From a virus (Duplodnaviria > Heunggongvirae > Uroviricota > Caudoviricetes): a DNA stretch of 64,000 nt. Location: IMG/VR virus record IMGVR_UViG_3300047550_004303. One strand, 5' to 3'. The translations under genes and the position numbers were made by a program. Shown here piece by piece: positions 19,584-29,232 of this stretch. The notes beneath the pieces are model-generated. The model saw only the letters and a program-made list of their open reading frames with translations, searched no databases and was not told the origin of the DNA. Within the stretch, counting starts at the first letter, position 1. Every line of letters starts with the position of its first letter.

Positions 19584-19964
19584 ATGGCAGATCAAGAATT
19601 TTTCAAAAAATTAAATCAAACACATCCGTTCATAACTGTTTGTTCGTATGCAGGTACGGATTATGTGGGAATAGTACAAAATCGTGACGATACTGTCACT
19701 ACACTTTATGATTATGGCTCAATCGTAGATGCAGATTTAAAAAACAAATTTTTAGAGTTAGGTGAAGTTTGGTGGTGGGAAAGCAATAGATTGACTTCAA
19801 TAAATTTGTTTTTAAAGGAAGAATGGGCCATGTTTAGGCCCTACTTAAAAACGTTTAACAATAAAAGTTTGATTATATTACATGGGCCAATCACCAGTAT
19901 GAATGAACTTCATAAACGCAGAAGTAAACGTAGAAGTATTACATTGATCAAAAAGTTATACTGA
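19584..19964 (+). CDS. hypothetical protein
   Basis: 126-aa plus-strand ORF downstream of the homing endonuclease. Confidence 0.4.
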   Translation: MADQEFFKKLNQTHPFITVCSYAGTDYVGIVQNRDDTVTTLYDYGSIVDADLKNKFLELGEVWWWESNRLTSINLFLKEEWAMFRPYLKTFNNKSLIILHGPITSMNELHKRRSKRRSITLIKKLY

Positions 19965-20546
19965 GAACGGATTTTGCTCTTCTACTAAATTCATATTAAC
20001 AATAACAAGATGTGCATATCCATACGAATGTGACTTTTTGAACTGATAGCCAGTAGAATCTTTTTCCCAAACAGTTTTACTAACCTCTTCCCAAGATTTA
20101 CCAATCAAATGTTTTTTACCAGGTCTGATAATAGCAAGAAACATTGCTAGTTTTGGAATAGAATCAATAGGTTCTGGCATTCTTTGAATGTTATCAAACT
20201 GATTGTTTAAATGAATCAATTTTTCAACAAACTGTTTGTCTTTTAATAAATTCCAATTTGGATCACGCATTAGTTCGATCAAGTGAATTTCATCCCTTAC
20301 TTCATTATATATGTGTACATTAAGAAAATCTAATTTTAGATATCCTCTTTTTTCAGCAACAGTATAATCAATTGTTGCCATATCATGTATTGGATCATAT
20401 GGTATTTCAGTAACATGAACGCCAGACAAATGTTTTCTTACAGATTTGACATTTGTCATTGCTGCTGGGATATGCTCAATAAGATCAAGTATCTTACTTC
20501 GGTCTCCGAAATCTATATCAATGTCACTGTTAAACTTCATAGCCAT
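19956..20546 (-). CDS. hypothetical protein
   Basis: 196-aa ORF. Confidence 0.45.
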   Translation of the reverse strand: MAMKFNSDIDIDFGDRSKILDLIEHIPAAMTNVKSVRKHLSGVHVTEIPYDPIHDMATIDYTVAEKRGYLKLDFLNVHIYNEVRDEIHLIELMRDPNWNLLKDKQFVEKLIHLNNQFDNIQRMPEPIDSIPKLAMFLAIIRPGKKHLIGKSWEEVSKTVWEKDSTGYQFKKSHSYGYAHLVIVNMNLVEEQNPFSV

Positions 20547-20728
20547 CGCAATTGAAAAATTAAATCTTTTTCGTAATCAGGCATATGCAGAACTCCTGCA
20601 GTAGCACTCCAGCCCTCAGCATTCTCGTCTAACCATTCAATCAACTCAGATACTTCGGCAGCAGTACTAAATTCAAGGTTAAAGAAATAATCTCTTTTTA
20701 CAAAGGGATCTCTGGTAATTTTAATCAC
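20537..20728 (-). CDS. hypothetical protein
   Basis: 63-aa ORF overlapping its neighbours. Confidence 0.3.
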   Translation of the reverse strand: MIKITRDPFVKRDYFFNLEFSTAAEVSELIEWLDENAEGWSATAGVLHMPDYEKDLIFQLRWL

Positions 20729-21267
20729 AACAAACCTGATTTTATCAACTTTTTATATGCATCCTGCACTACTATGGCTTGGTGTTCAGCATCTTCAACT
20801 GCCTTATGAGTAGTTTTGGTTTGATATTTTTTGTCGCTTAGTTTGACATTACAAATATCAAACAATGTTCTAGTATCACGAACACTATGATAGGGCCAGG
20901 GGATTTGCATCTCTAAATTACGAAATGCACTCTCCATTACTACTACATCAAAACCTGCACCATTACTCCATACTGCACGATGATTCCAACAAAACTTGTA
21001 AACTTTTTCCATGCATTCTTTAAATGGAATTCTACCTTCGTCGCTCAATGCTTCATTTAACGCTTCGGGGCTTTGTTTGCTCCACCACAATAATGTACCT
21101 TCGTCTATAGATCGTTTGTATATTTCGGTTTGCTCTTCTACACTAGGCTTAAGTTCAAGTTTTGAAGTGATTCCTATACCTTTTGGATCAAACAAAACTA
21201 CCCCAATTGACAATATTGTGCAATCAGGGCTTGTACCTAGTGATTCAATATCTATCATTACATCCAT
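20725..21267 (-). CDS. DEDDh 3'-5' exonuclease (DnaQ-like)
   Basis: Exo I DIESLG and an Exo III H-x4-D (HKAVEDAEH) arrangement. 180 aa. Confidence 0.65.
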   Translation of the reverse strand: MDVMIDIESLGTSPDCTILSIGVVLFDPKGIGITSKLELKPSVEEQTEIYKRSIDEGTLLWWSKQSPEALNEALSDEGRIPFKECMEKVYKFCWNHRAVWSNGAGFDVVVMESAFRNLEMQIPWPYHSVRDTRTLFDICNVKLSDKKYQTKTTHKAVEDAEHQAIVVQDAYKKLIKSGLL

Positions 21268-21268
21268 G

Positions 21269-21478
21269 TTATTCCCATTTAAGTTTATAATATAAGGCTG
21301 TTTTAGTGTTGTTGAAAATGATGTTAACTTTTACTGTTGATGGAGCATCACGAATAGTGCTGCGCCAAATCCAAGCAAAATCTACATATTCTACTAATCC
21401 AGATTCAATCAACTCGGTTTTGCAATCATTTGCATCGTTAATTGTTATATCTTGTAATTTTACTAGGTGAATGTCCAT
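21269..21478 (-). CDS. hypothetical protein
   Basis: 69-aa ORF. Confidence 0.3.
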   Translation of the reverse strand: MDIHLVKLQDITINDANDCKTELIESGLVEYVDFAWIWRSTIRDAPSTVKVNIIFNNTKTALYYKLKWE

Positions 21479-21494
21479 AATACAAGCACAAAGG

Positions 21495-21899
21495 TTATTT
21501 TGCTAGTTTAAGTAATAATTGATAGGCTTCGTAGGCTTGTTGTACTGATGGATTATTTTTACGAATTAACGCTTCTTGTAGTTGTTCCTTATTTGTTTTA
21601 TAAGCAGCATTTAATTCTTCGTATACATATTTAGGATCTAATCCATACATTTTTTCTAATTGATAGCCATAATGTGTATGTTCTAACAATGAATTAAAAC
21701 TACTCTCAGATAAAGTAATATCTATTGCAGGTTCATAATATGAACGTTTTGCTGACCGAAGGTCATCGTAACGATATGGTTTATCATATTGATACGGATC
21801 ATATTTTTCTACTTTATAACTGCTTACTCTAATTTGAGCAGTATACTTACTTTTAAATTGCTGTAATTGCAAATTGGTTTTAACTTCTAAATTGTTCAT
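21495..21899 (-). CDS. hypothetical protein
   Basis: 134-aa ORF. Confidence 0.4.
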   Translation of the reverse strand: MNNLEVKTNLQLQQFKSKYTAQIRVSSYKVEKYDPYQYDKPYRYDDLRSAKRSYYEPAIDITLSESSFNSLLEHTHYGYQLEKMYGLDPKYVYEELNAAYKTNKEQLQEALIRKNNPSVQQAYEAYQLLLKLAK

Positions 21900-21912
21900 T
21901 TGTGTAGTATGT

Positions 21913-22140
21913 TTATGATTGAATTATACCATTAAACTGTTGACTGAATTTTTCAGCGTGATATTTGTTACCAAAATAATATACATGATATTTAAAGTCT
22001 ACTAATCCAAAATATGTCCAAGCTATATTTTCTGGCATATTTTTGTATAACCAAGCAACTGTGTCACCGGCAATATTAGATTTATCTGAGATATGAACTT
22101 GATGATTTAAATCAGAAGGAGAACATTTTACTATTGGCAT
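21913..22140 (-). CDS. hypothetical protein
   Basis: 75-aa ORF. Confidence 0.35.
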   Translation of the reverse strand: MPIVKCSPSDLNHQVHISDKSNIAGDTVAWLYKNMPENIAWTYFGLVDFKYHVYYFGNKYHAEKFSQQFNGIIQS

Positions 22141-22147
22141 AATTATT

Positions 22148-22462
22148 TTAACTCCATCTCAACAAAAACAATATGTAATCTTTTTCTTCTTTAAAGACCC
22201 AAGTAGAACCACGTGATTCATACTTTCCACAAATATGTTCCTTGCACCATGCGTCAACCTCTAATCTATCAAATTTAGATAATATGACTTTGTGCCATCC
22301 TCCGTGAAGAATTAGACTTTTAACAAGTATGTCCCAGTCTATTTGTTCCTGTAAAATTTTAGTAACTTCTTTATCTATATTAATACCATAGTCCAAAGTC
22401 CATTTATCCGAAATCATGCGGGGTTTAACATTAATTTGATTTTTTATTATGTTCATGACCAT
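22148..22462 (-). CDS. small protein, FLLRWS C-terminal family
   Basis: Ends ...ILFLLRWS. Member of the tandem paralog array. Confidence 0.55.
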   Translation of the reverse strand: MVMNIIKNQINVKPRMISDKWTLDYGINIDKEVTKILQEQIDWDILVKSLILHGGWHKVILSKFDRLEVDAWCKEHICGKYESRGSTWVFKEEKDYILFLLRWS

Positions 22463-22713
22463 CTCAGCAAAAATATTACAGCATCTTGTTCATTAGCAAA
22501 TCCAAAACGATCATATCCAGGTGAGACTCCTAGCGCATCACATAGTAAATCGGAGTAGGGTTTATCAATTTCGCATCCTTGTTCCGTTAGCCATGAACGA
22601 TAACCATTGTACCACGCAGTTTCATCGTGTGGCAAGTTAGGCATGATATTTTCTTTGAAGTAACGTCTGGTAGTGTAATGTAATGGATTAGTATCTAGGT
22701 ATATCATGACCAC
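22453..22713 (-). CDS. small protein, FLLRWS C-terminal family
   Basis: Ends ...VIFLLRWS. Its stop overlaps the next start in AGGTGGTCATGA. Confidence 0.55.
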   Translation of the reverse strand: MVMIYLDTNPLHYTTRRYFKENIMPNLPHDETAWYNGYRSWLTEQGCEIDKPYSDLLCDALGVSPGYDRFGFANEQDAVIFLLRWS

Positions 22714-22985
22714 CTCAACAAAAATAACATTTTATCTCTTTCATGTTTGAAATAGATAGTAGTCCAATTCCAAATCCAGTCATTTCCAAAGTTTTCTTCA
22801 CACCATAATGATATTTCAGTATTCAACACAGGACATGAAACACTTGGGAAATTCTTTTTAATATAATCTGAGGCCTCAAAACTGCCGGTATAACGATGAT
22901 TTGTTCCACTAATAAAATTTAGTATTTTAGTGTGTAGGGACGAGTAAATTTTTTCCACTTCTATTGTTTTTACGATCATACCCAC
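22704..22985 (-). CDS. small protein, FLLRWS C-terminal family
   Basis: Ends ...MLFLLRWS. Confidence 0.55.
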   Translation of the reverse strand: MGMIVKTIEVEKIYSSLHTKILNFISGTNHRYTGSFEASDYIKKNFPSVSCPVLNTEISLWCEENFGNDWIWNWTTIYFKHERDKMLFLLRWS

Positions 22986-23197
22986 CTCAACAAAAACAGT
23001 GTTGCCATACGTTCGTCTTGAAAACTAATATAGTAATTAAACCTTTTTGAATACTTTGAGTCAAAACCGCGAACTACATGCCAGCCTTTTCCGCCGAATT
23101 TATAATGAAGATGATAAAGTTTAGGGCCGATATTTTCCGTCAGCCAACATTCTTGCTCATACGTAAGGTCATGTTTTAATTTTACTATATTTGACAT
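22976..23197 (-). CDS. small protein, FLLRWV C-terminal family
   Basis: Ends ...TLFLLRWV. First gene of the array. Confidence 0.55.
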   Translation of the reverse strand: MSNIVKLKHDLTYEQECWLTENIGPKLYHLHYKFGGKGWHVVRGFDSKYSKRFNYYISFQDERMATLFLLRWV

Positions 23198-23265
23198 ATG
23201 AAATTACATTGAATTTATTAGACATTTTAACATTAGAAAATATTTTCTGTCAACTAAATATGTAG

Positions 23266-24039
23266 ATGCGTATAGATGAAATCATCACTCCAGTAGAAAA
23301 AACCAAACAAGTACCGCAATCTTGGGATTTGAATGCAATGCGATCACAAAGGTCAGATGCTATAAACATTTGGCCACCAAAACCAGAAACAGGATATTAT
23401 AGCCAAGGCTATCAAACACAGGATCCATTTTTGTATGGTAAAAAAGCACATGTACCTACTAATCTAAATGATGATCCATACTATCAGTACGTTAACGCAA
23501 TCAAACCATTAATGGACAGCAATCCATATGTTCCCAGAGTATATGTTGTGAAATTGTATCGTGATCAACAAGGTTACATTAAACCAGATTACACTATGGA
23601 AAAACTAGTAAAAGGTCAAACATTACCAAAAAAATTAATATATGGTATGGGCGTAAGAATGTTTGGTTCTGAAAATTGGTTTGACATACATGATAAAATG
23701 ATGGCGGGATTTGTAGATCCTGTCATGATGGCTACAAGCATGAAGTATGAAGATTTGGACAGCACTGATTTGTGGAAAAAGTTAGCCAAAGTCATAGATA
23801 TGTCCATAGAAACCTATCCTGCCAATTCATTTTCTAATTTAAGTTTTAAGAATTTTGATCCAAATCTACTACAACTAATTGCACTTATAAAACGTCTAAT
23901 AATTCGTGTACCGCATACAGAAAGTGATGTACATGCAAATAATATTATGGTTCGTATGGGAACAACGCCTCAAGTAGTACTCAGTGATCCTATCAGTTCC
24001 GAAGATACATTGAATCCAACACAATATCAAACTACTTAA
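23266..24039 (+). CDS. hypothetical protein
   Basis: 257-aa plus-strand ORF, divergent from the paralog array. Confidence 0.45.
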   Translation: MRIDEIITPVEKTKQVPQSWDLNAMRSQRSDAINIWPPKPETGYYSQGYQTQDPFLYGKKAHVPTNLNDDPYYQYVNAIKPLMDSNPYVPRVYVVKLYRDQQGYIKPDYTMEKLVKGQTLPKKLIYGMGVRMFGSENWFDIHDKMMAGFVDPVMMATSMKYEDLDSTDLWKKLAKVIDMSIETYPANSFSNLSFKNFDPNLLQLIALIKRLIIRVPHTESDVHANNIMVRMGTTPQVVLSDPISSEDTLNPTQYQTT

Positions 24040-24382
24040 ATCTCAACAAAAAAGTTGATAAATCTTCGTCAGTACGCAAATAGATTGCCTCTCGGTTTCC
24101 ATCTTGTAAATAAGACCAATGCTCATTATGAACATAAGCATTTTCTTTTACAAACCATGAATCGGTTGAAAAATCAAAATCAATATCAGCCAACCAATCA
24201 ACTAAATCTTTGCTATGACCGAATGTATCGGTGCAAAAACTTTTAAATTCATAAAACAACTGTGTACGTTGATATTTGTTTGTGAATTTATCTAGATAAC
24301 AGGTTCTTGCGTTAACCAAATATTTGAAGTGGTTATAACCAGTATGCCTACCATCTAATTTTAGATAAAATTTATTCTCCAT
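24032..24382 (-). CDS. small protein, FLLRFK C-terminal family
   Basis: Ends ...STFLLRFK with the same TTTTTGTTGAGA codons. Confidence 0.5.
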   Translation of the reverse strand: MENKFYLKLDGRHTGYNHFKYLVNARTCYLDKFTNKYQRTQLFYEFKSFCTDTFGHSKDLVDWLADIDFDFSTDSWFVKENAYVHNEHWSYLQDGNREAIYLRTDEDLSTFLLRFK

Positions 24383-24383
24383 G

Positions 24384-24626
24384 TTACGAAAACCTCAATA
24401 CAAAATTTATATAATCTCGTTCATATCTAAACTTGAAAGCCGACACAAATGTTATAAGTTTTTCATCATTTAACCTAATATTCCATCTACAATGACGATA
24501 CGGGTTTTCAACATTCTGTTCTATAAATTCTAGCATTTCATCATACAGAGGAAAAGTAACAGGTTTGATAAATTTATACCAACCCAACTTTTCATTTTCA
24601 AAATACCATTGTTCCTGCAATGCCAT
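24384..24626 (-). CDS. small protein, FVLRFS C-terminal family
   Basis: Ends ...INFVLRFS. Confidence 0.5.
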   Translation of the reverse strand: MALQEQWYFENEKLGWYKFIKPVTFPLYDEMLEFIEQNVENPYRHCRWNIRLNDEKLITFVSAFKFRYERDYINFVLRFS

Positions 24627-25334
24627 TCAATATCCACCTTGCTTCAGTATATCTTTAATAGATTTTACAAAGTCGGAATTCTTGATGAACTTGATCGCCC
24701 ATAATTCTGGATTAATATAATCAAGAACCATTCTTACTTGTGTTTCATCTAATGACTCAAGAAATTTTGTACCACTTTCACTATGATACAACATCCATGG
24801 ACTGATCTTACCTGTGGTTATTTTATGACATAATCTGTTTTTGTTGCTATATCTAAAAATATCATTGTGCTTGATATTTTCATTTTTAGCAATATCCATA
24901 GTTGTCTCTACACTACGATATAAGGCATCAAATGGATCTTCGTTACGAAGAAATTCAATCAAAAACTTATTGTAATTTGTATCTGTATTCCAAATATCTA
25001 ATCTAATGTTGTTGTTTACCAACCATTCAGCATACTTTACAACATTGATTACATTGGCTTCAACACAATAATGTCCAAACTTAACAAACGCTGAATAATA
25101 TGCGCTTTGTATAAAGTCTTGATATGTTTTTGTTTTCTTTGCGGCTGAATTTTTCTTGTAAAACACTAGCCAAGTTTGAAACCCAATACGATTTGGTTGC
25201 TTGTCTTTATCTAGCCATCTTCTTTTTTGTTCACATGAATGTTTTACTATAGAGGAGAAACGCTTGAAGGTTTTATTACAGAACTCACAAGTGGATTCTT
25301 CATTAACCGTTTCCTCTTTGTCTTTCATAATCAT
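24627..25334 (-). CDS. hypothetical protein with C2H2-like zinc-finger motif
   Basis: CEFC...KH.C near the N-terminus. 235 aa. Confidence 0.45.
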   Translation of the reverse strand: MIMKDKEETVNEESTCEFCNKTFKRFSSIVKHSCEQKRRWLDKDKQPNRIGFQTWLVFYKKNSAAKKTKTYQDFIQSAYYSAFVKFGHYCVEANVINVVKYAEWLVNNNIRLDIWNTDTNYNKFLIEFLRNEDPFDALYRSVETTMDIAKNENIKHNDIFRYSNKNRLCHKITTGKISPWMLYHSESGTKFLESLDETQVRMVLDYINPELWAIKFIKNSDFVKSIKDILKQGGY

Positions 25335-25863
25335 CTATATCTTCTTGTGTGATAAGTTTAGATAAGGTTTCGATGTCTTCAAGTTTTAAGTTAGGATAAA
25401 CATCGGCTAAGTATTTTTTTGTTTTGTGTTCTTCTACAAACGCTGTGGCTACTGCCTTGATTGTTTCTTTGTCAGCATTTTTATAGATTTTACTATAGTA
25501 TTCAACAATATCTTTGTGTTTAGGTGAAGTCTTGAGTTTTGCTACACTTGCACTGATGTTGGGAATATACTGATGAAATTGTTTTCCCATATTTGGACTA
25601 GCGGCACATAACATCAACCATACTAGTTCAGGATGTTTTTGTACCGTTTCATTGAACATATGTTTGTTAGCATGGTAATCAGTACTAGACAAATAATACC
25701 TTTGTAGGTCACTATTGCCTTTTACTGCACTGAACCATTGCACCAACATGAAGGGTACAAATTTTCGTTTTTGTTCTTCTGAAAGTCTACTGTAATAACC
25801 ATAATCTTTTTTATCCAATGCAGTAAGTGCATCAAACAAATCAAAGTCTGTGTTCATATTCAA
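25303..25863 (-). CDS. hypothetical protein
   Basis: 186-aa ORF. Confidence 0.4.
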   Translation of the reverse strand: MNMNTDFDLFDALTALDKKDYGYYSRLSEEQKRKFVPFMLVQWFSAVKGNSDLQRYYLSSTDYHANKHMFNETVQKHPELVWLMLCAASPNMGKQFHQYIPNISASVAKLKTSPKHKDIVEYYSKIYKNADKETIKAVATAFVEEHKTKKYLADVYPNLKLEDIETLSKLITQEDIDDYERQRGNG

Positions 25864-26360
25864 AAAGCTTTACTGTAATCAATTACTTCACAACTGCGGC
25901 TTACTTCTTTAATAAAATAAACGCATCTTGGCTTTTCACCTTCATCAATTGGTACACAAAGATATTGCCCATTTTTCAATCTAGGGCTGTACCATGTTAC
26001 ATCATGATAAATGTCTACGATTTCAATGGGCAAGAATTCTGGGAGAAATGATGATAATGGATTAAAGGAAAAGGCACTGAATCCGCGATCATTTAAACTA
26101 GTTAATGGAAGTGCTTCTAAGTCACCGTGATCTTTTTCACCAATTACAATTTGCCAATCTACTGGCATTTTAATTGTAGCATCTCCTATCTTTAACACCA
26201 ATGCAGGAGAACTAAAACTTTCTAAGAATATAAGTGGGATAAAAAAGTAGTCTACATTCTGTTGGTTGCTGTTGTCTAATATAGCGAACCTAATGTCATC
26301 TACTTCGTCGGGTAGATTTTCTAGGTTGTATTTTTCATTTGAAAGCAGTAATATGTTCAT
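25860..26360 (-). CDS. hypothetical protein
   Basis: 166-aa ORF. ATGA overlap with uvsW. Confidence 0.4.
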   Translation of the reverse strand: MNILLLSNEKYNLENLPDEVDDIRFAILDNSNQQNVDYFFIPLIFLESFSSPALVLKIGDATIKMPVDWQIVIGEKDHGDLEALPLTSLNDRGFSAFSFNPLSSFLPEFLPIEIVDIYHDVTWYSPRLKNGQYLCVPIDEGEKPRCVYFIKEVSRSCEVIDYSKAF

Positions 26361-26362
26361 AA

Positions 26363-27844
26363 TTATTTGTACTCTAGTTTTTTGGTTGTGTGTGGATATC
26401 TAGCTTCGTTATAGTATTGTTTTCTAGCAGAAAGATGCCGCTTTGAAAACTTACAAGAACTTGTGATGTCGTAAATTTCTACGTGATCTTTATCGTTACC
26501 TTTACGTAAGCCTCTCCCTATGCTTTGAATAGTTCTGATGAACGATTTACCTGGTTCAATCAATACTACATTGTGTAAGTTTACTATATTAATGCCTACA
26601 GCAGCAATGCCATAGGTAGCAATGATAATTTTATTACTGGTACTGGTAACACTTTCATATTCTTCTTTTCGTTCATTAAGTTTAGTGCTACCTGAAAGGA
26701 ATACTATTTCTGGTTTGGGCTGTTTAGTGTTTGCCAAATCAGATAATAATTCTTCCAATATCGTTCCGGCTTCTAACCGGTCAATCAAAATCAATGTGTT
26801 GTTTGGAAAATCTATTACAAGCTTACTAATGTATTTAAGTCTATCAAGGTTGGTTGTCAAAAATTTCAATTCACTTTGATAGTCCTTATATTCAACTTTA
26901 TCTTGCAACTGAAAGACATTGATATTGCAATTACTAAGTACACCTTTATCCTGCAAATCTTTAGCATCTATTTTACCAATAGAAGGTCCAATACTTATTT
27001 CTAATGCTTTTTTGCTGAATTCATCTTTTGGTAATGTACCTGTTATTGCCCAACGAATTGGAATATTAGCCATTTCATTGATCAACAATGTCTTAAGTGC
27101 TTCAGCTTTGATACCATGTGCTTCATCAACTATAACGCATACCACATCTTGGATAAAGTCATAGATTGAGATTTCCAGTTCTTTTTCTTTGCCTATTTTC
27201 TTAAGTGAGTTTAAGCTTTGCCAAGTACAAATAGTATGTTGTTTGTTGTATTCTTTTCTATTGCCAAAAAATACACCAACATCTAAACCCAAATTTATAT
27301 AGTCTTGTTCTGTTTGTGTTACTAGGCTTTGGTTAGGAACAATAACAATTGTTCTACCATACTTTTCTACACTATAGCTTAGTGCTGCTGTAACGATTGT
27401 TTTACCTGAACCAGTTGCAGCAACGGTCATTGATTGTGTATTTACTAATAGTGTGTTGATGATATCAACTTGATAGTCTCTAAGTTGTATGGATTGACCT
27501 TCTTGTGGATGTTTTTTGGGCCAGACTTTATCTTTAAAGCTATCTATATTTACCAAATCAAAGTTGAAACTTGTATCGTGTTTTCTACGATCATCAAGTT
27601 CAATTTCATATCCAGCTTGATCTAGTAGTGGGATGATTTCGGTAAGTAAATTGACGTATGTTTGACCACCTAAACTAAAGTAGCTGGTTTTGCCGTTCCA
27701 TCTACCTAATCGGACACTCGGCAAATACCTAGCACCTGGCTTCTCGTATTCAAACATTTTAACCAGTGCTTTTCTTTCTCTTAGTTCTAGGTCAGTGATC
27801 TTGCAGTTTACTTCATCAAGGATAACAATAGTGCATTTTTTCAT
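26363..27844 (-). CDS. uvsW: SF2 DNA helicase, UvsW-like
   Basis: Walker A ATGSGKT, DEAH box VDEAHG and motif VI QSIGRGLR. The N-terminal region resembles T4 UvsW. Confidence 0.75.
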   Translation of the reverse strand: MKKCTIVILDEVNCKITDLELRERKALVKMFEYEKPGARYLPSVRLGRWNGKTSYFSLGGQTYVNLLTEIIPLLDQAGYEIELDDRRKHDTSFNFDLVNIDSFKDKVWPKKHPQEGQSIQLRDYQVDIINTLLVNTQSMTVAATGSGKTIVTAALSYSVEKYGRTIVIVPNQSLVTQTEQDYINLGLDVGVFFGNRKEYNKQHTICTWQSLNSLKKIGKEKELEISIYDFIQDVVCVIVDEAHGIKAEALKTLLINEMANIPIRWAITGTLPKDEFSKKALEISIGPSIGKIDAKDLQDKGVLSNCNINVFQLQDKVEYKDYQSELKFLTTNLDRLKYISKLVIDFPNNTLILIDRLEAGTILEELLSDLANTKQPKPEIVFLSGSTKLNERKEEYESVTSTSNKIIIATYGIAAVGINIVNLHNVVLIEPGKSFIRTIQSIGRGLRKGNDKDHVEIYDITSSCKFSKRHLSARKQYYNEARYPHTTKKLEYK

Positions 27845-27896
27845 TCAGTAATTATACAAAACTATGAAGGAGAAATAAAGATTTTGTTTACCGAAT

Positions 27897-29231
27897 TTAA
27901 TTCAGCCAATCAGATAAGCTTTTATATGCCGCAAAAATTTTCTTTTTGTTTGGTGAATTCTTAACAAGATTTATGAAGTCATCTTCCTTAGGTAAATTCT
28001 TATCAAGATAAACCAAATATTTCAGATATTCTGGATTATCCCAAGGTAATATACTAAGCATAGAATCAGAAAAATATCCTGGCACATCCTTTAACTCTGC
28101 TGTAGTTGCTGATTTTAGTGCATCAAGAACCTTATCTTTATTTTGTCTAATAAACTCTATATTCTTGGGTTCCCTAGTCTTTATATGTATTAGTGTTGAT
28201 AAATTATTTTTCATTGCAGCCTCAAACTCATCTGGGTCTAAATTTTTCCCACTAGCCCAAAACATTTTATTATAACGTTTACTAGGATCAGCATATAACT
28301 TGTAACGCAATTTTTGTGGAATATACCTAAAAAGTATTTCCCAATCCCAACCATTAAGGTTTAATGTGTCACGCATCAAATATGGTTTTAATATTTCAAC
28401 ATCATCATTTTTTAACGCAATTGCTATATCACGTTTAAGTGAGGCTAATATTTGTTGAGTATCTACCCCTCTTTGTTGTTGCGTTTTAATTGTTTCTGGA
28501 CTGTATTTGTTATCTACAATACCTAATACACGTAATGGTGCCAAACTAAAAAATACAGCCTGTACTGGTTCTGCTTCATGTATTATGCCAGCACCTTCAT
28601 CTACTACACCATCTATACCTATTGATCTAAACAATTTGTTCCAGGAAACTATAGGATTTTGTCCATAATTTGGACCATAATAATTACTAAATCTATAGGT
28701 TACATACCATAATCTTCCACCTGGAAGATTTTTAAATTTGGCTCTTTCTGGTGCTAATTTTATACATAGCTCAAGTATACTAAGCCAATCTTTTGCTATT
28801 CCGTTCGGTATGTATATATCAGAATTTATTTTTGGTAATCGTTTTGCTACCTCTCTTAGTTTATCATAATAAAGTTCTTCATCATTAGTAGTCATTCGTC
28901 TAATATCAATAATATTACCACCAGCACTGAAAACAGCAGCATATGGTTGTTCGCCGGCATAAGGTAACGAATATCGCATTACTTTATCATCGCCGGCCCT
29001 TACCATAACATAACCTGCTGGATAGGCATAAATTCCTAATGGTGTATTAAACTTTGATCGTGGATTTATTCCTAATTTGGGCACTGCTACAAAACTTACG
29101 AAAAGATTTTTCAAATTAGTATTAGGCAATTGTGCGGCGGCATCATATGCTTGACGTATGTATTGATTTATTGAAACTTTAGGATTAAGTTCAGGATACT
29201 TACGGGCTTCAATTATTTCTATTGTTTTCAT
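27897..29231 (-). CDS. hypothetical protein, tandem paralog A
   Basis: 444 aa. Shares ...EARK.P.LNPKVS.NQYI...LGINPRS..NTPLGIY.YPA.YV..., RYS...LP(Y/F)AG.QPYA and GIDG.VD.G.GIIH..EP.QAVFFS with its neighbour. Confidence 0.55.
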   Translation of the reverse strand: MKTIEIIEARKYPELNPKVSINQYIRQAYDAAAQLPNTNLKNLFVSFVAVPKLGINPRSKFNTPLGIYAYPAGYVMVRAGDDKVMRYSLPYAGEQPYAAVFSAGGNIIDIRRMTTNDEELYYDKLREVAKRLPKINSDIYIPNGIAKDWLSILELCIKLAPERAKFKNLPGGRLWYVTYRFSNYYGPNYGQNPIVSWNKLFRSIGIDGVVDEGAGIIHEAEPVQAVFFSLAPLRVLGIVDNKYSPETIKTQQQRGVDTQQILASLKRDIAIALKNDDVEILKPYLMRDTLNLNGWDWEILFRYIPQKLRYKLYADPSKRYNKMFWASGKNLDPDEFEAAMKNNLSTLIHIKTREPKNIEFIRQNKDKVLDALKSATTAELKDVPGYFSDSMLSILPWDNPEYLKYLVYLDKNLPKEDDFINLVKNSPNKKKIFAAYKSLSDWLN

Positions 29232-29232
29232 A

